A stretch of DNA of 64,000 nt from Paramecium tetraurelia (taxonomy: Eukaryota), in assembly GCA_000165425.1 (NCBI GenBank), contig CT868296.1:372001-436000 (forward strand). Direction: 5' to 3'. Of the stretch, positions 52,763-64,000 are shown in pieces. Below the pieces are notes generated by a model. It saw only the letters and a list, made by a program, of their open reading frames with translations. It was not told the origin of the DNA and searched no databases. The position numbers and the translations under genes were made by a program. Positions within the stretch are counted from its first letter, which is position 1; each line of letters starts with the position of its first letter.

Positions 52763-54004
52763 TCATTCTTTCTTTACAATAATTTATGTCATCGTATCTA
52801 CTCCAATATCTAGAAGCAATTAAGAAACATCTAAAAGTTGTAACTTTTGAATTGGACATACTAAAGTGAATTTCATTGGTGATTGTCTACTTTCATAAAA
52901 CACAAAATCATAAAGATCCTATTATATTATGGAGAATATTGATACTTCAACAGCCGCATCATAACTAAATGTATATTGCTTGTTTTTTCCATCTGGCATT
53001 TAGAATAGGATAACTATGCCCTCTTCCAATTGAAAGCTAAATTTCTAACAAAAATTATGAAGATTGTTACTTATTCAAGTGTCATGAGTATAATCGATCT
53101 ATACTCAGCATCATCCTAATCAATATTAAAATTTTGATAATTAGCTATTGATTACTAAAATCCAAATTGAATTCCTTATCCTTGGAATTTGGGAGTGGAT
53201 TACTTCTTTTAAGGTTACTGAACTTCTTCTTCTTCGAATTCCTCATCTGTTGATTCCTAAAATTAAGAAGTTTGAAGTACATATTTTTCTCCTTTGCTTG
53301 CCTTCAATGCCTTTTCCATTTCAACTTCATCTGATCCTCCTATATTCAATTTATAGTTCTTCCTTTTGACCCTTCTATCATGTACTTGTTTGACGAATTG
53401 GGCAGTGAGAACCTTTTAGCGATCATTCTGATTGATATTCTAAAAGAGAAGATGAGATTGCGATTACATCTAATTGTGGTGGTGGGTAAACACCTTTTAC
53501 AACGAATATTTAATACCCGTTCTCTTTTACTGATAACAGAAATGCTGATAGATAAAAGTCACTAATTATTTCTGGTCCTCTTTTATTCGTTGAATTTAAG
53601 TTGTACCAAACATTGTCAATCTTCCTTATTGCAAACCAATGAGCTGAGGAATTACATATAAATCCACTTTCTTAACTTAATTTATACAAAGTAAACAAAT
53701 ACCTCAAGTCTTAATTTTAGTTGAGTTTTGAATCTATAGATTCAATTGACAAATCGCCTAATTTTTTTAATGCTTCAGCCAACACCTAGATTGAGAAATT
53801 GCCATCCTCAGCTACATTTTGTGATTTGAAACGACGTCCTGTTTTTCCTAGCAATTCAATCTCCTGTCTGTCTAATTCTTAAGCAATTGTGGCTAAATCG
53901 ACTTCATTAAAATAGGGTCCTTATAAAAGAGAATTGATGCAATGCACTCCGCATAATTAATCATATCCCTATTTTTCCCAATAGATGAGTTATTTAAAAT
54001 TCAT
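52763..54004 (-). CDS. Ataxin-3-like Josephin deubiquitinase with UIM-like and UBX-like C-terminus
   Basis: IYWEKQGYDQLCGVHCINSLLQGPYF, DGNFSIQVL, AHWFAIRK, WYNLNS; C-terminal ILFQMPDGKNKQYTF...LYDFVF. Confidence 0.92.
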
Positions 54005-54099
54005 AAAATAAATAACATTATTTATACTGTACAATATTTTATTAGTAACTTAGATATCAAAGTTAGCAACATTGATGTTTAATAATAATATAACTTAAA

Positions 54100-54621
54100 T
54101 CAACTTTATTCCTTGTCCCCCTTTTTAGCCTTTTCTGCCTCAGCTACAGCCTATGCTTCAGCAGCCGCTGCTTATTTGGCCTCCTCAATAGCTTTGCCGC
54201 ATAATTGTATCCCAATCATAGTATAATCACCCTCTAATTGATGAATGTATTATATATGATACGTTAAGAAATGATATATTCCGATTGAGCTTTGGTTCTG
54301 ATTCGAATGATTTCAAGATCGTTCTTGTGACATTAATAAATTGAATACATCCTGACTTCGCAATTCTCTTTGGATGCATTTTTTAGTAACATTCCATAAA
54401 TCAGCAACTAAGGCGGACATGTGGACAGCCTTTTCATAAGTGATGTTTTTTTCTGATCTTTTCAATGGAATACCTAAAATAGATGGTTTCCGTTTAGATT
54501 ACAATCCTGATTGAATATGACAAAGCCATTTGCTCCTTCCACTGCTGACAATCCTCTGAGTACTTCGTCAACATTGATGTCATTGATTGGTTACTATTTG
54601 AATAAAGTGAGAAGTTACCAT
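54100..54621 (-). CDS. Dynein light chain, Roadblock/LC7 family
   Basis: VDEVLRGLSAVEGANGFVIFNQD, IPLKRS, DNDLEIIRIRTK, YTMIGIQ; first intron lies directly after the ATG. Confidence 0.9.
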
Positions 54622-54663
54622 TTCGAAAATAAAAATTTATAAATAATAATTACATAAATGAAG

Positions 54664-55716
54664 TCACATATATCTAAATACATCGCATTAAAGTAACTAA
54701 GAATAAAAGCTATAAATGATTACCTCTTTCGCAGTAGCCCGATGATGAGGATCCAAAACAAAGATCTGTCCCAGAAACACCCTAACATCCTTATCCTAAC
54801 TATTAATTGTATACTCATTATTTCTTATCTTGGAAAACAGTTCCTTTTCTGATGAGCCCTTGTATGGGAAGCTCCCTTGAAGTAAGCCAACAAAAAGAAC
54901 CCCTAAGGCCCATATATCAGTAGTCCTTCCATCATACTTCTGCTTTGTGACCACTTCAGGTGACATATAGCTTGGTGTACCACAATGACAACTAATGCTA
55001 TTGTATAGAGTGCTAAACCCAAAATCAATGAGTCTAATTTTTTTATTGGTTATGAGAATATTCTCAAGCTTGATGTCTCGATGACATATGTTCTTCTCAT
55101 GAATGTAGACTAGGAGCTTCAACAATTAATGAATGATATTGAATGCATAATCTTTTGATAAGGCTCTGTGCTATTTAACCAAAGTAAAGAGACTTTCACT
55201 TCCACAGTATTCCAACACTAAATTTATAGTGCTTCCACAATGATAGACATCCAATAATTTAACAATCTGCTCGTGATTCAGGGCTTTCAATGCGCTGATT
55301 TCTTTTACGAGATTATTGAGTCGCTCGCCTTTTAAGAATAACTTTTCATACACTTTTATTGCTACTTTCAAACCTTGCTTGTTAGTTCCTAGTCTTACTG
55401 TGGCGTAACTTCCCTTACCTATTGACTGTCCAATTGAGTAAGTAGTCCCATCACATGTTGGAGGTATTAATTTTAACAAATTATCATTCATCAAATTTTC
55501 TACAGTGCTAACATATGTTCTTAGCCTGATTTTGTGCAGTCCATCCACTTTTGTAGTCAAAGGTTCTCTTGAACTAATGTGTTAATCCATTTGTAATGGC
55601 TACAATAATTTTGGTGATGTCTTCCTAAACAGTTTGCGAGTCTGCTATGGAGTTTCCGAAGTGTGTTGATTCTCTTTATTATCCAAAGATTTCAGCTTGG
55701 GTCTCCGATATTGCAT
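54664..55716 (-). CDS. CAMK-group (MARK/SNF1-like) Ser/Thr kinase
   Basis: IGKGSYATV, VAIKVY, HRDIKLENIL, IDFGFS, CGTPSYMSPE, DIWALGV. Confidence 0.92.
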
Positions 55717-55901
55717 ATGTTCGTTAAAAATTTATATATAGGTTTATTAATTTATTTGGCGCAATTGATGTCTAAATCCTCTGTCCTTCCTCCATCACCC
55801 ATCACCATTCATAAACTTACTTTCAAATTAATGGCGCCTCCAAAATTATAAACCATCCCATCAGTAAGATTTCTCTAACTAACCATTTTAATAATAAATT
55901 A

Positions 55902-56796
55902 ATGTCCAAAGAACAAAATAAATTCAAACATATCCTCCTCGTCCCCAACATCGTCTCAGATCAAGCCTTCTTGCAAAGACACAAGACATTCCAAACCTAT
56001 GTGAAAAAAGCTCATTCAGATCTCTATTATCTGTAACTGAAGAAGATCGGAGGGTTGAGAAAATCTATTGCTGAAAAGGCTGATTATGGCTAAGTCCTAC
56101 AATAGATCAAAAGTAACAGACTACAGAATGAGTATATGAATCAACAGAAGAAGAACCAAGGGTTTATGTACAATAATTAACTATGGTCAGATAAGTACTA
56201 CAATCAAATCTACCAGATGACTCGTCTGTCTCAACTCTCAGAAGTTCTCAGCAAACAAAAAACTAAGGGGAGAGATTAACTAATCAAGGATTTCGAAATC
56301 TATTTTAATAAACATGTTCATCCTGCCAATGATGAATTCGCTGAAATATAGAAGGTTCTCCCCATTTCCACCTGCACTACTAAGAGTAGCTCAAGAATCA
56401 ACTCCTAAAAATTCATATTAGCTACTGAAAGACGGTTAAATTCTAAACAAGACACCCAAGATCATGATACTAATAGGATCAAATCTTTATCACCTTCATT
56501 TCATAGGACAGTTAATGACAAATTATTAACCCTCATTGACGAAGCTAACAATTTACACACACAAAATCTTGAAACTATTAAGTATGTTTTATTCATGATC
56601 TTTAAATAGAAAAACCAGGCAATTCTAAACTGAATAATCCTCTTCTCGAAAAATAATGCATTCTTAGATCCAAAGAAGAAATGAACGCATCAATCTTCAA
56701 ATCACTATGAGAAACAATTAAATACACTTTAAAAATAAATTTGTATAAGAAAGATTTTAGAAGGAAATAGAAAAATTATCTGCTTAGAACCTTTGA
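55902..56796 (+). CDS. Hypothetical protein
   Basis: MSKEQNKFKHILLVPNI... open with one 28-nt intron to ...LSAQNL-TGA; the true start may lie further upstream. Confidence 0.7.
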
Positions 56797-56809
56797 GATT
56801 TATTTATAA

Positions 56810-57445
56810 TCATATTTTGATTAATCCTTATCCCTATATAATTGTGATTTGTTTATAGATAGGTTCCTTGTATTATTCAAATGACAGCTGCCTGGTCAAT
56901 GATTCGGTTTGATCATCTGTTCTCTTGCTTTGCGATTTATACAAATGAAATGCGGACTGCTGGCTTATTTGGGTATCCCTTGACTTTTGGAACAAATTCA
57001 GCCTCTTTAGGATCAGCTATTTCACTCTTTTGATCAACTTTTTGAGTCTGGACAATACACTAGATAATGGACTAAATGGGAAATTTCTTTTGATTGTTGA
57101 TTTTCTTACTAGGATGATTTAGTAAAGACTGTTGAGTATCTGTGGCCCGTTCGGAATCCCCATAATTAGAGAACCAGATAATCTTCTTAACAAGTCACGA
57201 ACCTTTAAATAGATAGAAGCACATACTTATGTAATTGTATTCTCACTTAATTTAGTCTCAATTAACTAACATAAAAGCTTCTAGAACTCCAAGTCAATCT
57301 AACTGACTTTTTGATTCAAGCTTTGGTTCTCACCACTCTAATCAGTTATTTAACCCTTAGGTGAATCACTCTTTAAATTATTTAAATGTTCTGTGCTTTC
57401 AATCATCATTTCCATATCAATAGCAGTGTCACCTTTTGCTTGCAT
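56810..57445 (-). CDS. Hypothetical protein
   Basis: 212-codon TGA-free frame MQAKGDTAIDMEMMIE...QGLIKI-TGA. Confidence 0.65.
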
Positions 57446-58157
57446 AATAATATAAATATTATTTAATCAACTTCAAATAGAAGCTATTAGAACTTCCTTA
57501 ACAATAAATAAGTAATTATCTATATTTAATAATATATATACTTATTCGTATGCTATAATATGTAAGTTCCCACTAAATTTAAACCAATTTGACATATCAA
57601 ATCCGATTGCATCATTTCCATATCATTTAAATAACCACTCACCCCTCGATTCCCTGTCCAAGTGTTTCATGCATCATCAATCATAATAGCATATATAATC
57701 AATTTATAATAAATTTTAATTTAATGAAATCTTTTGCAGCACCAATTTAAACGAGATGTCTTGAATCACTTCGTCTTTGAAAAGGTAAAATCCTAAGATT
57801 GGATTCATTTCTACATTTTAACTATCGAGTAATTTCTAAAAAGAATCTGTAATGTTAGTTTATGCTCTTTAGATCTACTTGGCTTCTTCCTATATGATAA
57901 TAAGGGAAATGCTAATATAGTCTGTGTATATTATTTGTAAATATTTATAATGGACAGACTAAAACTAAGAAAATCTTATAATATAATTTTATATTAGCTA
58001 TTAAGTTCATCTTAATTATGATTCATTGTTATCTGGATATAACAATTAATCATTTTACTGTATGAATATTCTTGGATATAGACAAGGGTTTAATGATTAT
58101 TGTTGTTTATCTAAAAATTTGATCATTATTAATTATTAAACTATTCGGTTAAAAAAA

Positions 58158-58706
58158 ATGAATGATGAATCACCTCTTAGATCAAAAAGCATTGAAATCA
58201 ACCTCACCAAGATGCTTGATAGAATGAAAAACAATTCATATCATATGCAGAAAGTAAGCGTTGGTGATTTAATCAATAAAAGTCAAACTTAAATAATTGC
58301 AAAACAAATAAGGCAATCATAGACTCCTACGCCTGAGGAAAAGGAGAATAAGGAACTTACCTTCAAGCCACAAATTAATGTATTATTATCTTGTAATAAG
58401 AAATATCCCAATTATTTGAAGCAAACATCATTTCTAGAGAGGAATGAATAATGGCAAAAAAATAAACTGTAAAAACAATAGGAGACTAGCAAAGCCTATT
58501 TAGAGGAAAAAGAAAAGATTATAACCAAAGAATGCTCATTTAAACCGAAAATCACTCCTCATTTATCTGCAAGGATTCCCAGACAATAAAAATAGCAGCC
58601 ACAACAAAACACAATTGCTATCAAATAATAAAACCCTTTATCAGCTGTCTCAATGCAAGCTGTATAATATGAACTAAGAAAGTAGTTGCATGGACTATAA
58701 TTATGA
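58158..58706 (+). CDS. Hypothetical protein with xFKPxI repeats
   Basis: ELTFKPQIN, FLERNEQW and ECSFKPKI motifs; one intron. Confidence 0.75.
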
Positions 58707-58748
58707 GCTTATTTTAATTAATTATAATATATTTTCATTTTATTGGTC

Positions 58749-59211
58749 ATGAGTGAAAATACAATACAAGAAACCACTTAGTAAGATATTTCCACAATGC
58801 AAATGTACATTGAATCAGTTTCAATTAACATGGAATCACTGATTGAGACTTATTATGAATACCTTCAATAGCGAGATGGAGATGACTAAGAAAGCTATAA
58901 TCTGTTGAGTGATTTTACATAAAAGACTCTTAATAATTTGGAAGTGTTGCAAAATAGTTGGAATTTAATTAAAGAAAAATTGAATGATAAATATGATTAA
59001 CCTCCTTTTAATAACTCATTCTAAATCTATTTTGATAATCAGATCTTGGGAGCCATTAAATCATAAGTACTGAATACAATTATCATAGGTAGACAATATA
59101 GTTGATACTATCAACAGACATGCTCCTAAATATGAAATTCAAGGAATAGTTTAAATTAATACTTAATAAAGTAGTTCTGAATTAATGGAAATAGAAGAAG
59201 GTGATACTTGA
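58749..59211 (+). CDS. Hypothetical acidic protein
   Basis: MSENTIQETTQQDISTMQMYIESV...; one intron near 59089; ends EEGDT-TGA. Confidence 0.65.
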
Positions 59212-59258
59212 TAAGTTTAAAATGTTAAATTAAAAATATAATGTTTATATTTGTTTAT

Positions 59259-59789
59259 TCAATTATAAGTGTTATCTTTGGGGATGAATTCAATATTCTT
59301 TCCAAATTCCTCATATGTTTACTGATTACAGTGTTATTTTAATATTTCAGCCATTTTTTCATCTTATATTGAGTTCTCTATATATTAAGATTACGGTAGA
59401 CATTCTTTTTGGCAACGAAGGGTTATAAATAGTCTGTGTTTTCCCTTCTTATTTCATAATACATTTTTTAAACTAAAATTAGCCATCCTTTGAGAACCAA
59501 TTAAATAAGCAAGTTTAACCTCTAATTCAATATATCGTTCCTATTCCTGCTTTAGGATATAATTTTCAATTTCAGAATAATCCTATCATACAAAAAGAAT
59601 AGATGGCTATATTCTGAGATATTATTGTTTTATCAACTTTTGAGGTTTTAAAATTTTAATTTAAGGAAAGCGATCAGGAGAGATCGTAAGGGATTATTAA
59701 TTCTTCTTAAAAATCTAGATTTTAAAGATTTATTATTATTATTAATTTATACTATTTTTTTCACTTCTTTTTTAATAAATTTTGTTCAT
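59259..59789 (-). CDS. Hypothetical protein
   Basis: ATG 59789 to ...EFIPKDNTYN-TGA 59259; the 5' part is AT-rich and less certain. Confidence 0.55.
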
Positions 59790-59939
59790 TATAAAATAAA
59801 ATACAACTTTTAATAAATGATGTGATAAATTACTATTAAATCTCCCTATCTCTTCTGTGAGTCTAGAATTAAGCTTAAGGAAGAGTCTTTTATATTATAA
59901 TAATAAGAAAATTGTGTGAGCATTATAAAATTAAATAAT

Positions 59940-60270
59940 TCATTTTTTTTCTTTTTCCAAACATAACAACAAGTCTTTATACAAATAGTTAATGGCATAT
60001 TTAATTTATTCATCATCGGATTCTCTATCATCATCAGATTTCTTAATATAATTTTAGATATTACATGTTTTTATAGGATTGATTAATATTCTTAAGGAAT
60101 ATTTAAATCTTTATCCTCATAGCAGATAAATTACCTTTAAGATTTATTTTTTTTCAAATTAATCATTGTCTTTTAGTTATTATCATTAATACCTATTTAG
60201 GCTTCTTATGTATTGGTCCTCTTCTCCTAATTGGAGTTTATTGTGCACTAGGAAAAGGGTACTCACTCAT
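59940..60270 (-). CDS. Small hypothetical protein
   Basis: MSEYPFPSAQQTPIRRR...YEDKDLNIPQEYQ...DDDRESDDEQIKYAINYLYKDL-..-TGA, with two introns. Confidence 0.65.
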
Positions 60271-61049
60271 AGATACATTCTATTATAATGAGTATAAATA
60301 AATAATATAAAGGCAGACATAGACAAAAGAATTTTGTGGTGAATACCTCTTAACAAGTGACAGACAAGTCTTCTCTTGACTTTTGCCTATCAGAGTTCCT
60401 AGTTTTCATTTTATTAAATATTTTAATCTGTAGATCACTAATATAGTTAGCACAACAATCACAATAATAATAATCAATTTTTTTATTTCTTTCCAAAAAA
60501 TATTCTTTTTCCTTTTTCAATTGTTAATTTACTTTTATCATTTAACTCGTTAGCAACATATTATACTATGTAATTGAGTAAATTTCTCAATTCTCATAAT
60601 TTTATTAAAATAACTACATGGAAACAAGAAACCTATCCATTTCTTTTTTTATTAAATATTTATTATATCCAAAGATGGATTATCATCAAACCCAACTTAA
60701 TTATTACTTTAATTTAGTTCTACAAGAAACCTTATAGTTTTGGATTTATATGAAAATCACAAATTTTATAATAAAATTTCATATAAATTTTCTCATATAA
60801 TTTGAATTACATTAATGAGTAAATTTATTTCTGTTGTCTTTAGATATTAGAATCATTTGAATTCCTACAAAATAACTTTAGATTATTTTAATGGATCTCT
60901 TCATTGCAAATAATTTTGAACTGTTGTTACACATTTTAATAAGATTAAAAGTATAATTTCATTAATAAAGAGAATTCTTTTATTTAACTATTAATTCGGC
61001 ATGGTAATCATATGAATTATGAAATGTATTAATTTAATATTAAAAAATA

Positions 61050-62468
61050 ATGCTTAATTACAAGCGAGAAATTTTCAGAATTAATATTAGGCAATAAAAG
61101 CATGAGGAAATTTTTCTTTAGAAAAGAATTGTGTCTCACTAAAAGGAAAAAGAATAATCCTTTGAAATGTTAATACAGGCTATGGATAATGCAAAAGTTA
61201 TAACTTTAAGAAATTTAGATGAATTAAATGGCTATTTATAATACTTTGCTAAAACAAAATTAACAATTGATTAAATTTTATTGGTTGAACATTATGCCAA
61301 TACTTTAATGACAATTTTAATAAATCCTATAGTTTATAATGTGAATGAACTGATAAAAGAAATATTAACTCTTTTAGTAAATCTAGCCTAATTTTCGGAA
61401 AGGATTTCCATTAATTTGTTAAAAAGTAACTTTGTTAACTGTAATATAATTCAAATATTATCAAGTTTTATTTAAAATAAGATAGAAGTGATTCTAACTC
61501 TTGAATTGTTGATGAATTTATGGGGAAATTCTAACAGTCATTAAAAATATGATTAAAATCTTATACAAACAATTGAAATATATCTAGATTGTTGCATTTC
61601 GATAAATGATAATATAAGCATTCAATTAATTTCAAAGTGTTTAAAGAATTACCTTCAAAACATAAGTGATGAAAATAATTTTGAATATGAATATTTAATA
61701 AATATAGTAAGAAAATTACTAAATTATGGAGTTCAGGAGAGTGTTGACTTTTTAGATGTCTAAATAGAGGCATATTGCTCAATAGTTCAACTCTTTAATC
61801 ATAATTTTGTAATCCAGGATCTGAATATGATTTTAAGCATTTTAGATTTGTGTATAAAGAAACCAGAATTAATAGAAATGATTACTAGAATATTTTCATA
61901 TTTCAGCATAAATGAGCCAGATAGCTTTTATGAGAAATTGATTATGTCTGTGATTTAGTTTAGTAAGCATATTATTAGATCTTCACTTAATGAGCAAATT
62001 CCTTGCATTCTAAATTTATGCAGTATAATTTTCCATTAAGAATGTGAAAAGAACTACAATATTTTATAGCCTTATTATAATGATTCAGTTATCATAATGG
62101 AGATTATAAGGCTTTAGGAGGATGGTTAACCAAGAAAAATAAGGGAGGCAGCAATAAGATGCATTAAAATATTGATAGAAAACTCGAATGAAAATTAAAT
62201 TCAGCTATTAATTTTTGAAAAAATACACTTAAAATTGATGGATGTACTTAATGATTTTTCACTTAATTCTAATTCAATACTATTTACTTTAATTTCTTTA
62301 CATAATCTTATGAAAACATAAAGAAATAAATATCCTGAATGTTTAGAACCCTAGAATCTTATACATTTAACAAATTCTAAAAACAAGGATATTTAAAAAA
62401 TAACTTATGAAATAATACAATAAGTTGAAGAAAGTAATCACAATTGTATGAGTAATATATTACTATGA
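61050..62468 (+). CDS. Divergent importin-alpha-like protein (IBB-like N-terminus, ARM-like helices)
   Basis: KREIFRINIRQQKHEEIFLQKR resembles an IBB domain; ILTLLVNLA and LMNLWGN are ARM-like. Confidence 0.65.
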
Positions 62469-62482
62469 ATTATATAAATAAA

Positions 62483-64000
62483 TCATTTTTGTTCTTGTTG
62501 AAAATATTTGACCATAATCTTAGCAGTAGTCTCATCATCCTCTAAATGATAAGGATACCCCAATTTCATTTATCCAGAGTCTGCCTTTTTTTATTTATAT
62601 TAATCCATGAATCTAGATCTGGCTCCTCCTTGTGAACCCAAAGATTCACGACTAAAAGGATTATTGGAGTGATGACTTTAGATCTAAACCTATGAAACCT
62701 CTTGGATTTAAGTCAATTTCTATTTAGGTATAAATAGATCTGCTGTAAGCATTTACTAAGTGGGTTAGTCTTCTTAAGATGGAAATTGATTTTAGACTAT
62801 GACAGCTTGTTGGGGAGGTTGTTTTGTTATTACTTTTTGGTTTAGGTAATTTATAGATTGTCTGTACAGTTTGTTAGGCTGTTGTGGTCTCAAATTATGT
62901 AAAGATTGGCCTTTATAACTAGAATATAAGTATGTGATTTACTTGTTACTATGTTAATAGGGTGTAATATGATCAATGCTTTTAGTTTATAAGAGTGTAG
63001 TTTTATAATGTTCTATTTATTTATTAGATGAGTATTCATCATAATTTTATTGCATATTTAGTATTTTATCCTACTTCATAGTTCTTAAAGATCTAGATAT
63101 ATGCATAGTGGTGCCAACTTGATCCTCTTTAACTGTGGTAATAAAATCACTCCTTTTATGCTGATTATAATAAAAAGGAAAAATACCTCTTTTTCTTTGA
63201 ATCTTTATCTCGAAAGATCTCCAACTACTTCGTAACCATCAATATATTGGTTATTTTGATTATTGAGGTTAATAGGATGCTGTTCCCAAGGGTAGTCACT
63301 CCTATGGCCCATCATATAAACATGGATAAATGTTAAATGTATGATTATCCAACCATTTTTCTTTTTGTTCATCTTTCCAACTTGGTCTAATCAACATTTT
63401 CAAGTCTTTATTCTTGAAAACTATAGATATTTATGAATTACTTAGACATCTAATTGTTCACTCACCTTTTTTAATTCTTGGTTCACTCTTTCAACTTCAG
63501 TTCTCTAACTTAAACCAAATCTCATTGGCTCACTTTGCTTTGATAAATCTTTTGGTTTCAACCACTTTTCATGATTTTTAGTTGGAAGGTTTGGATCAAA
63601 CTCACCTGTTGCTAAATGAGCAGACCTAAATTCTTGTTATGCGGTTTGAGCTCTGTTTTTTGCTACTTGGAATCTATTATTATTATATCTTATAAATTAC
63701 GTTTTCAGATAGATTCCACCCATCTTTTCCATCTCCTTGTCTTTTTCTCTATCTCGAAATGAATGCTTGCTTGTAGGCAGTAATGGGTATGATCCATTTT
63801 TCATACTTTCTACATATTATTTAGACATCATTGTTTCTTAAAATGTCTCAATCCTTTATGAGGCACGAGCCTTCAATTATACAGATTATATATTTCGTTT
63901 TTAATCTGATTACTCTTTTATTTACTATCTTCATTTATTAATTTATTATACTTATCTTTTTCCTCCTTTTCTTTTTGCAGTTACTACTTTTACTTAAAGA
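62483..64000 (-). CDS. Hypothetical Q/K-rich protein, 5' end outside the window
   Basis: Long TGA-free frame (HSFRDREKDKEMEK, EPMRFGLSQRTEVERVN) with tiny introns; TGA at 62483-62485. Confidence 0.7.

Noticed and set aside
57500..58130. Partly protein-like minus-strand stretch (QEEAKQIQEHKLTLQ...)
   Set aside because: No coherent start, splice model or family; possibly a gene remnant but not supportable.

Overview
AT-rich, gene-dense eukaryotic DNA with the signature of a Paramecium macronuclear chromosome. TAA/TAG read as Gln, TGA is the only stop, and genes are split by tiny (about 22-35 nt) GT...AG introns, so the supplied standard-code ORF track fragments nearly every gene. Manual retranslation with the ciliate code gives about 40 protein-coding genes. 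These include two MFS transporters, three MORN proteins, a CNG/EAG-type K+ channel, three protein kinases, two HMG-box proteins, Myb and HTH proteins, WDR26/Gid7-like, TCTP, SART1/Snu66, an ataxin-3-like Josephin and Roadblock/LC7. I saw no rRNA, tRNA, transposon, telomeric repeat or CRISPR. The most unusual items are: (1) a PPIL6/RSP12-type cyclophilin fused in frame to a full but catalytically eroded fructose-1,6-bisphosphatase fold (14842-16742, minus strand); (2) an LRR protein ending in a PHF5A/Rds3-like zinc cluster (40673-42415); (3) a hybrid histidine kinase that lacks the phospho-His, the ATP boxes and the phospho-Asp (35280-38549); (4) a Snu66/SART1 without a HIND motif. All translations and family calls were made by eye with no database search, and splice models are inferred.
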